Shown here: positions 10,280 to 18,372 of the stretch, in pieces
How the letters are laid out: each line of letters opens with the position of its first letter
Numbering within the stretch: the first letter of the stretch is position 1
Assembly (NCBI GenBank): GCA_963845535.1
Contig: CAWJSK010000012.1
Span: 32,001-96,000, forward strand
Source: an uncultured Spirochaetota bacterium
GTDB lineage: Bacteria > Spirochaetota > Spirochaetia > SZUA-6 > Fen-1364
Reading direction: 5' to 3'
DNA: 64,000 nt
The notes under the pieces: generated by a model
Seen by the model: only the letters and a program-made list of their open reading frames with translations
What the model was told of the DNA's origin: nothing
Database searches by the model: none
Position numbers and translations under genes: made by a program

Positions 10280-11107
10280 CTAGAACCCGCGAAGGTCGGT
10301 GCTGGATCTTTGAGGCATCCCTGCGGCTGGGACACGACGGAGCACGAGATACTCGATCCCGTGCTCGCGGCAAAACTCGCGCTTCTCCGCTTTGTCGCCT
10401 TCCTCGTTCACCGCGTACACCTGCGCTCCGATGTCCCCGATCTCCGGCTCGGCATCCATCCATCCCGACCCGGTGGAAACGAGAGAACGGTATACGTGGC
10501 GCACGGCCGCCGTCATATAGCGGCGTTGTTCCTGGAGAAACCGCGGGTGGCCGTCCCCCTTGAGAAGCCTCACGTTGGCGTCATGCCCGACCACGACGTA
10601 CAGCTCCCCGTAGCCCGACACTTCCTCGAAGAATCGGACGTGACCGGAGTGCAGCCAGTCGTAGCAGCCGGTCACGACGACGCGGCGTTTCGACCTGTCG
10701 GGGTGCGGCAGCGGAGGTTCGGGGAAGCCCTCGAGATCGCGGTCGGTGAACGCGTGAATCGGCGCACCCAGGGCCGAAGCAGTGCGGCGCGCCGACTCCG
10801 CTTCCGCCATACTCCCCCGGGCGTCCACGCACACGACCGGGCTGCGCGGAAGATCTGCCACCTGGCGCCACGGCTCCCGTCTGTCGTCCGCGACGAGCAC
10901 GCGGCTCACGAACCGCAAGGACTCGATCAGGTACCGCCGCTCGGCAAAGGCGAACTTCGGCAGCGCACCAGTGGCGGCGGAGATGACGGCGTCAGTCCAG
11001 AGGAGAGCGATCACTTCACCGATGCGGGAACACTCGTGCAGGAAGCGCACGTGGCGGAGGCCGAGGTCATCGAAGCCTCCGACCACCAAGGCGGTCGTTG
11101 AGCTCAC
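10280..11107 (-). CDS. Cytidylyltransferase-like (HIGH) nucleotidyltransferase with two tandem domains
   Basis: C-domain VTGCYDWLHSGHVRFF and RSSTDLR; N-domain VVGGFDDLGLRHVRFL; GTG start overlaps upstream stop (GTGA). Confidence 0.85.
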   Translation of the reverse strand: MSSTTALVVGGFDDLGLRHVRFLHECSRIGEVIALLWTDAVISAATGALPKFAFAERRYLIESLRFVSRVLVADDRREPWRQVADLPRSPVVCVDARGSMAEAESARRTASALGAPIHAFTDRDLEGFPEPPLPHPDRSKRRVVVTGCYDWLHSGHVRFFEEVSGYGELYVVVGHDANVRLLKGDGHPRFLQEQRRYMTAAVRHVYRSLVSTGSGWMDAEPEIGDIGAQVYAVNEEGDKAEKREFCREHGIEYLVLRRVPAAGMPQRSSTDLRGF

Positions 11108-11901
11108 GCGCCGGCTTCTCCGGTTCGCACCTGAACGTTGAAAGACCCGGACACCGACGCGTCGCTCACCACGTAGAGATATCCTCCGCCGCAGCCGGAG
11201 TACATCGCTCCATGAGAGCGCTCTTGATAGTGCCGCAGGAGCCCCGCCAGATCCACTGACGAAGACGGCGACCGCACCACGTGCGGCAGGAGCGTCTCCC
11301 AGCAGCGCATGCACTCGTTCATGGACTCACCCAGCGCAGGTGCGTCCATCGCCAGGATCGCCTCCCAGCACGCCAGCCCGGACTTCCCTCAGCCGGGCGA
11401 TCCACGCCGGATCGAGGTTCTGAACCGCCAGGGGCTCGTAGCCGGCAGGTCGCGGAGCAACCGGTAGAACCTTGATGACGCGCTCTATCCACCGGGCCAC
11501 GGCCCGGTCCGTGCAGCTTTCGACACGCGCAGGAAACACGCCTGCTTCCACGGAGGCATCGTAGTCAAGCCGGCATACGCCCGGGTACAGGAGGCCCACC
11601 ATATCCTGGGAACCGGAGGGCTCTGCGCTTCCTCGGTTCTCCGCTTCGTACAACTCCCGCACCAACTGCTTCGGGTCACCGAACGGCATACGGCCGCCCC
11701 AGTGTTGGAGCGCCACGCCGCGAGTCGAGGTAGCCATGCCGCACCGGTCCATCCACCGAAACGTGGGCTCCACTGCAACGGTCACCATGGAGCCGGGGGC
11801 TCGGGGTTGAGCCGGGAGACGAAGGGCTGGTCGATCCACCCGCCGGCGAACGCCATGCGGTAGGGAAACGGTCCGATGACGTTCGTAATGTCCCCTGCCA
11901 T
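11104..11901 (-). pseudogene. GHMP-family sugar kinase-like gene broken by two frameshifts (real lesions or sequence errors)
   Basis: ATG 11901 gives MAGDITNVIGPFPYRMAFAGGWIDQPFVS; continues after a shift at about 11797 as GSMVTVAVEP...GMATST...SGSQD, and after a shift at about 11391 as GKSGLACWEA...YSGCGGGY. Confidence 0.75.
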
Positions 11902-11907
11902 ACGCGC

Positions 11908-12915
11908 TCAGCTCACCGTGGTCCTGCCCGCCTTGCGGTCGCGGTACTGTTGGTCGATCCAGTGGTAGGTCTTGGCGAGGCCGACTTTCAGCGGGGTGTC
12001 CGGCTCCCACCCCAGTATGCGATGGATCATCGTGTTGTCGCTGTTGCGTCCGGCCACTCCGCGAGGAGCAGCTGGATCATAGCGCCGGGCCAGCTTCACG
12101 CCGCCGATCGTCTCCGCGAGGGAAGCCAGATCGTTGATGGAAACCAACTCGGAGGATCCGAGGTTGATGGGTGTGGCCACGAGCTTCTCGCAGTGCATGA
12201 TCTGGTCGATGCCTGTCGTGCAATCATCTATGAACATGAAGCTGCGCGTCTGCGTCCCGTCACCCCAGATGGTGATTTCACCCGAGCCCGTGTCCTTTGC
12301 CTCGATGACCTTGCGGCAAAGAGCAGCCGGCGCCTTCTCCCGACCGCCGTCCCAGGTGCCGAAAGGACCGTAGACGTTATGGAACCGGGCGATGAAGGTG
12401 GGCAGACCGCGCTCGGCGGTGTACTCCTGGCAGAACATCTCCGAGAGCAGCTTCTCCCAGCCGTAGCCGCGCTCCGCCATGGCCGGGTAAGCGTCGGATT
12501 CTTTCAACGCGCGGACCTTCGGGTCCTTCTGCAAATCGGTGTTGTAAGCGCAAGCCGAGGAGGAGAAGAAGTACCGCTGCGCCCCGGCGCGCCAGGCCGC
12601 CTCGATGAGGTGCGTGTTGATGAGGATGCTCCGCAGGCAGTCCACGCGGTGGCGCTCGATGAAGCCCATGCCCCCCATGTCCGCGGCCAGATTGTACACC
12701 TCGGCCGCGCCCTCCGCGGTCCGCCGGCAGTTCTCAGGATCGCTCAGATCGAGGGTCAGGCTCTCCACCCCCGGTGTCCGCTGGTACCATTCCGTCAGCG
12801 GCTTCTTGTCTACCGCGCGAACTCGGGTGAAGCCGCGGTCGTGGAAGTAGCGGACCAGCGCTCCGGCGATAAAGCCGCCCGCCCCGGCGACCACGATCAA
12901 ATCGTTCTTGTCCAT
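11908..12915 (-). CDS. NAD-dependent NDP-sugar epimerase, GDP-mannose 3,5-epimerase-like
   Basis: GAGGFIA, NLAADMGGMGFI, SSACAY, YGWEK, RFHNVYGPFGTWDGGREKAPAALCRK: motifs characteristic of GME; start MDKND 12915. Confidence 0.88.
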   Translation of the reverse strand: MDKNDLIVVAGAGGFIAGALVRYFHDRGFTRVRAVDKKPLTEWYQRTPGVESLTLDLSDPENCRRTAEGAAEVYNLAADMGGMGFIERHRVDCLRSILINTHLIEAAWRAGAQRYFFSSSACAYNTDLQKDPKVRALKESDAYPAMAERGYGWEKLLSEMFCQEYTAERGLPTFIARFHNVYGPFGTWDGGREKAPAALCRKVIEAKDTGSGEITIWGDGTQTRSFMFIDDCTTGIDQIMHCEKLVATPINLGSSELVSINDLASLAETIGGVKLARRYDPAAPRGVAGRNSDNTMIHRILGWEPDTPLKVGLAKTYHWIDQQYRDRKAGRTTVS

Positions 12916-13030
12916 TCTGTTCCTCCCCGGGATAGCGTAGTGCCGGCATGGCTTTCCGGAATGCCTGAAATGCGTATACTTTATCACGTTTTGCGAACTG
13001 TCAGCGACGGGAGGCGGGAGGCGGACCGGG

Positions 13031-14164
13031 ATGAGGGCGGGGCGACGCAGGCGTGTGGGGTTGTTCATGGGGCTCATCGACCACTACGAGCATGGGATCG
13101 CGCGGGGAGTAGTGCGCTTCGCTCGCGGACGGCCGGACTGGGACCTGTACGGTTACGGCTGGATGTTCCAGGCCATGGGCTCGCTGGAGCGTTGGGACGG
13201 GAACGGCATCATCGCGCGCATCGAATCGGCACGGGACGCGGACCTGCTGGCAGCGCGCCGGATCCCCGTGGTCGACGTGGCGGGCGCGTGGATGCGGACG
13301 GGCTTCCGTCAGGTGAGCAATGACGACATGTCCACGGGCCGCCTCGCCGGGCATCACCTGGCAAGCCTTGGACGCCCCAGCTTCGCGTTCTGCGGAGTCA
13401 GCAGGGTGGGATGGTCCGCCGCGCGCCGAGACGCCTTCCGGGGTACTGTTCCCGCCTTGTCCGTGTTCGAGAAGCCATTGGTCTGGTGGGAGAAGCTTCA
13501 CAGGTCGGACCCGTTCGACCGTTGGCTCGCGCGTCTTCCGCGCCCGTGCGCTCTCTTTGCGTGCAATGACACCGTGGGTCTCAAAGCGGCCGCCGCGTGC
13601 CGCCGGCTGGGTCTCGAGGTTCCGGCCGACATCGCCATTCTTGGCGTCGACAACGAGGACATCCTCTGCGAGCTTTCCGTACCGCCGCTTTCCAGCATCG
13701 CGCTGGACCTGGAGCGCGTCGGATGGCTGGCGGCCGAGGCGCTGGCGGCGTTCATGGACGGCACCGCGGGGCGGGGCCCACAAGTGGTGGTGCCGCCACG
13801 CGAGGTCGTGGAACGGGATTCCACCCGTGCGATCGTGACGGGGGACACGCTCGTGGATCAGGCGCTGCATGCCATCCACGGTGCGGCCTCCACGGCGGTC
13901 ACCGTGAGCCAGATCCTGTCTTCCGTCCACTGCTCGCGCCGAACGCTGGAAAAGAGGTTCAGGGCCGCGCTGGGCCGAAGCATTCACCAGGAAGTCGTCC
14001 GCCGCCGAGTGGAGTCGGCGCGTCGCCTGCTTCGGGACACCACGCTCACGATCGCCTCGATTGCGGGAGAAGCAGGCTTCGCAAATGCCCAGCGCTTCTA
14101 CGCGTCCTTCAAGAAGGTCCAGGGCGTCACGCCGGGCGCCTACCGGCAATCCTACCGGTCCTGA
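13031..14164 (+). CDS. XylR-type transcriptional activator (periplasmic-binding-protein-like domain + AraC HTH)
   Basis: ALFACND, VPADIAILGVDNE, PPLSSI, SRRTLEKRF, IAGEAGF; divergent from the epimerase operon. Confidence 0.92.
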   Translation: MRAGRRRRVGLFMGLIDHYEHGIARGVVRFARGRPDWDLYGYGWMFQAMGSLERWDGNGIIARIESARDADLLAARRIPVVDVAGAWMRTGFRQVSNDDMSTGRLAGHHLASLGRPSFAFCGVSRVGWSAARRDAFRGTVPALSVFEKPLVWWEKLHRSDPFDRWLARLPRPCALFACNDTVGLKAAAACRRLGLEVPADIAILGVDNEDILCELSVPPLSSIALDLERVGWLAAEALAAFMDGTAGRGPQVVVPPREVVERDSTRAIVTGDTLVDQALHAIHGAASTAVTVSQILSSVHCSRRTLEKRFRAALGRSIHQEVVRRRVESARRLLRDTTLTIASIAGEAGFANAQRFYASFKKVQGVTPGAYRQSYRS

Positions 14165-14196
14165 CGAATCACGAGGCCAGCGGGAGGGGACCCAAA

Positions 14197-14216
14197 TGTG
14201 ACTGGAATTGTGACTG
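14197..14216. repeat. TGTGACTG direct repeat, possible integrase arm-type sites
   Basis: TGTGACTG at 14197-14204 and 14209-14216, about 150 bp upstream of the tRNA fragment. Confidence 0.45.
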
Positions 14217-14366
14217 ACAGCGCTGCTCTGTCACGCTTCGAAGCGCCACAGAAGAAAACGCAAGGCTACATTCCGCTTGCGCTAAGTCCCTTGGCGATAT
14301 ACAGTAAGGCACAGAAAGCTTTAGACGGCTACAAACCGCCACGCGACGACCGGCGCATAGCCCGGA

Positions 14367-14408
14367 TTCCTAAACCGTAGGTCGGATGTTCGAGTCATCT
14401 CTGGGGCA
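14367..14408 (+). mobile_element. 3'-half tRNA-Arg(CCU) fragment, probable att site of a tRNA-targeting integrative element
   Basis: TTCCTAA anticodon loop, ACCGT, AGGTC variable loop, GGATG-TTCGAGT-CATCT T-arm, CTGGGGC-A acceptor 3' strand; no 5' acceptor strand or D-arm upstream. Confidence 0.75.
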
Positions 14409-14559
14409 AACATAACTCCCATAGACCAAAGGATTGCGGAAGTTGCGCCAGACGACATCCGGAAAACTGCCGGTTCTCGACTCAGGATCGACGAAAAAAC
14501 TTCGGATAACGGATTTTTCAAGTAAGGCTCTCTGTTCCGCCACACTACCGGTCCAGCCT

Positions 14560-14827
14560 GAGGGTAATTCCGAAAAGATTCGGAGGAAACATCAGGTATC
14601 CCAAGCCGAGTGCGAGCAGTCATTCCTCAAGACCGATTGTTATAAGCTTTGACGAGAGCCATTCCAAGCTCGAACAGAGGTTCGCGGCATTGGGACGCAC
14701 CGACTTCGGCCGCCAACTGACTGTCATTTTCACGACCCGTGGTTCGTTGCTACGAGTCATTTCAGGTCGGCCTATGAGCGGACGAGAACGGAGGATTTAT
14801 GCCAAGCGCACGCAAAGCGGTGCCTGA
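14560..14827 (+). pseudogene. BrnT-family toxin, N-terminally truncated and frameshifted
   Basis: EGNSEKIRRKHQVSQAECEQSF, then after a shift near 14629 DESHSKLEQRFAALGRTDFGRQLTVIFTTRGSLLRVISGRPMSGRERRIY; overlaps the antitoxin start. Confidence 0.75.
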
Positions 14828-15164
14828 GTTCAGGTCAGAAGCCGAAGAGCGCGCCTTTTGGGAAGAGCACGATAGTGCTGACTATCTGGACTGGTCGCGG
14901 GCAGAGGCCGTCCTGTTTACGAACCTCAGGCCGTCTACTTCCACGATCTCGCTACGGCTTCCGGCTCAGCTTCTTGCTGACTTGAAAGTCCCGGCAAACA
15001 GGCGTGATGTACCATATCAGTCGCTGCTCAAGGTTTATCTGGCGGAACGGATTGCGAGAAAGCGCCAAGGCACTCCCCGGAAACCTTCGCGACGTTCTAA
15101 GTCGTCTTCGCCCTCCAAGAGGAGCACGCGGCTCGCGAAGAGGGGTCACTCACGATCGAGCTGA
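14799..15164 (+). CDS. BrnA/CopG-like antitoxin
   Basis: PEFRSEAEERAFWEEHDSADYLDW and TISLRLP...RRDVPYQSLLK motifs; GGAGG RBS; basic C-terminal tail. Confidence 0.85.
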   Translation: MPSARKAVPEFRSEAEERAFWEEHDSADYLDWSRAEAVLFTNLRPSTSTISLRLPAQLLADLKVPANRRDVPYQSLLKVYLAERIARKRQGTPRKPSRRSKSSSPSKRSTRLAKRGHSRSS

Positions 15165-15325
15165 GCCCGGTTCCACGGGCATGCCCGTCGTGAGGTCGCC
15201 GCTGTCAAGGACCTCTCGGACCTTCGCCGACAACTGTTTCATGCTGAATGGCTTCTGCAGGAATGGAACTTCCTCTTCGCTGCCATCGGATCTTCGAGAA
15301 ACGTCCGCGGAGTACCCTGAGGCGA
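15150..15325 (-). pseudogene. C-terminal fragment of a receiver domain (hybrid kinase/CheY-like)
   Basis: ASGYSADV...PFLQKPFSMKQLSAKVREVLD with no N-terminal half. Confidence 0.65.
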
Positions 15326-15354
15326 TTTGTGAATAGTCCGTCATCCTGGGTGCT

Positions 15355-15785
15355 GGACGGCGAAAGGGCGCCATCGCCAGAGGGGCGTTCGGTACGTCAG
15401 AGGCTGTTGCCGGGAGGGATGGTCAAGCTGGAGTTGGTGCTTGAGCCCGACGAGGCGTATTTGATCCTGTGCGCCGTGGAGCGTGCCCGGGAGGTGAGCG
15501 CCTGCGATTCTGAGGAACGCGAAAGGCCGCCCCAGCCGATGGCGGGGACAGAACGGGCCGCCGAAACGGCCGGCGGTTCCGCGGAAACGTCCCGGCCGTC
15601 GCGGGCTGACGGCGCGGTGAAGCTCGCAGAGTCGTTCCTAGCCGGCAATCCGGTAAGCGGAAGGGGCGGCGAGCGTTTCCAGGTCATGGCTCATTTGGAT
15701 CAGGAGGTTCTCGGCCCGGATGGCGCATGGGCGGCCACCCTGGAGGACGGCACCCGCGTTTCCGCGGAAACGTTTCGAAGAGTGG
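15355..15785 (+). pseudogene. Internal fragment of a DUF222/HNH-family protein
   Basis: GGMVKLELVLEPDEA, RADG...LAESFL, ERFQVMAHLD, LEDGTRVSAETFRRV; no HNH C-terminus and no clear start. Confidence 0.55.
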
Positions 15786-15875
15786 TTCAGAACCGTCTCG
15801 TGAGGCGACAAACGGCGTCGATATCCTTGCGGCCCTTGGTCCCGAGTTTCTCCGCCAAGTCGGGGGTTCGCTCAC

Positions 15876-16181
15876 TTACACGAACTCGAGGTTCTCATCG
15901 TCCGCCATGATGGACGGGATGCTGCCGAGGAACGGAAGCTGGAGAAGTCCGTGCCACCTCCGCACGAGGTGGTAGGTAGGCGAGGTGAGAAGCCGGCAGC
16001 TTTCGACTGCTTCCCTCCATTCCGCGCGACGGATCTCGCGGAGGGTTTCCTCGTCCGGCAGGATCCCGAAATCCCAGGCCGAGCACAGACGGGCCAGGTA
16101 GTCGACCTTCTCAGGGAACGCCCTGAGGGAGGCCGGCTGCTCCTTGTCAGGATAGAGACTGCCATCGATGCGGAAACTCAC
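15876..16181 (-). CDS. Hypothetical 101-aa protein coupled to the AbiEii-like gene
   Basis: GTG start overlaps upstream stop (GTGA 16178-16181); globular-looking composition. Confidence 0.65.
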   Translation of the reverse strand: MSFRIDGSLYPDKEQPASLRAFPEKVDYLARLCSAWDFGILPDEETLREIRRAEWREAVESCRLLTSPTYHLVRRWHGLLQLPFLGSIPSIMADDENLEFV

Positions 16182-16864
16182 GCGAGGAGCTCCCTCTCAA
16201 ACCATGAACGGAGCGCGGCGGCACTCTCCCTCTTCGCTGTGTCCCGGATCCGTTCGAGGGGCCGAGCCACGGCCAATCGGGCGAGATGGGTCATGATCGC
16301 GGCGCGCGCGCGCGAACGATCAGCGTTCCCCCGTGCCAGCCTCTGGCGAACCTCCCACAGCTGCCAGCAGCGGGCGGCTGTGCAGTACCCGGCAGTACAG
16401 AGGGAATGGATATCCCGGAGGTCCCGGGGGGCTCCGCGCTCGACGAGGGCGACCATTTTGGCCGCGACGAGCTCGTCCAGGCTGTCGAGCGCGATGCCTC
16501 CCGGCCACAGGCCTTCCACGGGGGGGTCGATCTGCGCGGACCGCCGGGCAACCTGGAAACTGAAGACGGTCTTGCCGTCCCGTTCGAGCTCGACGCTCAC
16601 CACATCACCCCACTCCCGCTTGCGTACGGCGCCAAAGCGTTCCAAGGCTCGCGTCACCGATCCGACGACCGCGAGCTCCTGCTCCCTCGTGACGGGGTCT
16701 CGCCACCACGCATCCACGTCGTGTGTCGGCCGGTACTCGTAGTAGTGCGCGAGCGCGAAGGCACCCCCGATCGAGATGTGACGGCCCAAGCCTTCCGCGG
16801 CGAGGGCATCCAGGCAGGCGCGGGCGAATGGTGAAATGTCCTTCGGCAGGTGGGGTTCGTGCAC
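16178..16864 (-). CDS. AbiEii/AbiGii-like nucleotidyltransferase (type IV TA toxin family)
   Basis: IGGAFALAHYYEYRPTHDVD (GG..L...R.T.DxD) and KMVALVERGAPRDLRDI; start tentatively GTG 16864. Confidence 0.78.
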   Translation of the reverse strand: MHEPHLPKDISPFARACLDALAAEGLGRHISIGGAFALAHYYEYRPTHDVDAWWRDPVTREQELAVVGSVTRALERFGAVRKREWGDVVSVELERDGKTVFSFQVARRSAQIDPPVEGLWPGGIALDSLDELVAAKMVALVERGAPRDLRDIHSLCTAGYCTAARCWQLWEVRQRLARGNADRSRARAAIMTHLARLAVARPLERIRDTAKRESAAALRSWFERELLA

Positions 16865-16944
16865 GGGCGCAAGTCTATCAGCCGTGAATCCAGCGGTCCA
16901 GCCTGCCGCGGAAACGTGCCGCGGAAACGGCGCGCACCGATGGT

Positions 16945-17330
16945 TCATCGTGTGTACCCCTCCGGGGGCAGCGCCAACCCGACCCGCTGGCGGGACATTT
17001 CGCCGTCGCGAGCGATGTTCGCGAGCATGAGCGCGGCCGCGTCCTGGTAAGGAACGACCAGCTCCGACATGCGACTGCTGAGGAAACGCAAGGCGCTCGA
17101 GTCTGAGAGGGACTGGATTTCGTCCGGCATTTCCAGTGGCAGTCGGTCCAGCGAGATGCGCAATCTGGCGAGTCCCCGGGGACGCTCGTCTACCATGGGC
17201 CCCGGACACAAGATTCGCCAATCCAGATTGGTTTGGCGGATACGGTCGAAATTGGAGCGATGAGGCCAGTAGTTGTCGCCGATCATCGGCAAGTCGACAC
17301 CCTTTTGACCGCGCCCATCGATGTCAAGCG
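16945..17330 (-). pseudogene. C-terminal fragment of an NAD(P)-binding (flavin-reductase-like) oxidoreductase
   Basis: LDIDGRGQKGVDLP...YWPHRSNFDRIRQTNLDWRILCPGPMV...VPYQDAA; Rossmann N-terminus absent. Confidence 0.55.
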
Positions 17331-17455
17331 AGCTGGATGGCGTTGCTGCCGACGCAAGTGGAGCCGCCCCACACGAGGACCTTTTCGTTTCGATCGACTG
17401 GGTGGAGGCTGGGCATCGCCAATCCGAGGTGGTCCTGCTGGAACATCCCGGTGGC
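17329..17455 (-). pseudogene. Internal fragment of an MDR/enoyl-reductase-like dehydrogenase
   Basis: ATGMFQQDHLGLAMP...KVLVWGGSTCVGSNAIQLA read on the minus strand. Confidence 0.55.
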
Positions 17456-17496
17456 TGGCATCATCCCTATACTGAGATGCGATAGGAGAGATTTGC

Positions 17497-17548
17497 TTGA
17501 CAATGATGCGGAATTATATTACTAATCAATTTACTAGTTGAGAATTGA
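17497..17548 (+). promoter_or_regulatory. Putative sigma70 promoter and ArsR operator
   Basis: TTGACA at 17497, AT-rich -10 region, inverted repeat TCAATT (17526) / AATTGA (17543) upstream of the ArsR gene. Confidence 0.45.
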
Positions 17549-17680
17549 AATGCTGATAAGCAATTCGCCTCTCGAGACTTTGTCTGTGGCAGGCGGATGA
17601 ACTGCAACACGGTATTGCGATTGTCAGAGTCCCGCACGCTTCCGGTTGGTGCAGTAGTTCTTAGGTTGGAGTAATGAACA

Positions 17681-18358
17681 GTGAAAAGCAGAGAGTTCAA
17701 GGACGCCGTATTCGAGCAGTTTGCGCGCGTTGCAGCTGCCTTCGCCACTCCGAAGCGCATCGAGATAATTGATGTCCTGGCGCAAGGGGAGCGAAACGTG
17801 GAAACCATTGCGGCTGAGACCTGCCTTTCGGTGGCAAATGCCTCTCGCCACCTCCACGTCTTGAAGGCGAGTCGGCTCGTCGCCTCGCGCAAAGAGGGGC
17901 TACAGGTGATTTACCGGTTGGCCGACCCACGGGTGCTCGAGGCATATCGTATGCTCCGCACCCTCGCCCAAGAGCGGCTTGCCGAAGTCGACCGTCTGGT
18001 ACGGGACTACTTCGAAGGAGCGGACGGCCTCGAACCGATCTCCCGAGCCGCGCTTCTCGACTTGGCCCGACGGGACGAGGTGATCGTCGTGGATGTGCGA
18101 CCGACGGAGGAGTTCACCTCCGGACATATTGCAGGCGCCCTGTCGGTACCTCTTTCCGATCTAGAAACAAGGCTGTCCGAAATTCCCTCAGACCGCGAGG
18201 TTGTCGCGTACTGTCGGGGCCCGTACTGCGTGTTTGCCGCTGAAGCGGTGCGGCTATTGCGCATGCGCGGCTATCGAGCGGTTCGCTTCGAGGAGGGCTA
18301 CCCTGAATGGCGCGATGCCGGGCTTCCGGTGGAAATGGCGGCAAGTTCCGCTCGCTGA
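17681..18358 (+). CDS. ArsR/SmtB regulator fused to a rhodanese domain
   Basis: PKRIEIIDVLAQGERNVE, ASRHLHVLK HTH; DVRPTEEF, GHIAGA, YCRGPYC. Confidence 0.92.
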   Translation: MKSREFKDAVFEQFARVAAAFATPKRIEIIDVLAQGERNVETIAAETCLSVANASRHLHVLKASRLVASRKEGLQVIYRLADPRVLEAYRMLRTLAQERLAEVDRLVRDYFEGADGLEPISRAALLDLARRDEVIVVDVRPTEEFTSGHIAGALSVPLSDLETRLSEIPSDREVVAYCRGPYCVFAAEAVRLLRMRGYRAVRFEEGYPEWRDAGLPVEMAASSAR

Positions 18359-18372
18359 AACAGAGTCAATAA

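Noticed and set aside
11385..11395. Selenocysteine or stop read-through at the TGA in the kinase gene
   Set aside because: Homology continues in a different frame upstream of the TGA, so an indel explains it better
14335..14410. Intact tRNA-Arg gene
   Set aside because: No 5' acceptor strand (GCCCCAG) or D-arm, and the 5' anticodon stem does not fully pair; kept only as an att-like fragment
14410..17680. Integrase, transposase or prophage in the accessory zone
   Set aside because: No tyrosine or serine recombinase, DDE or phage structural motifs recognised in any listed ORF
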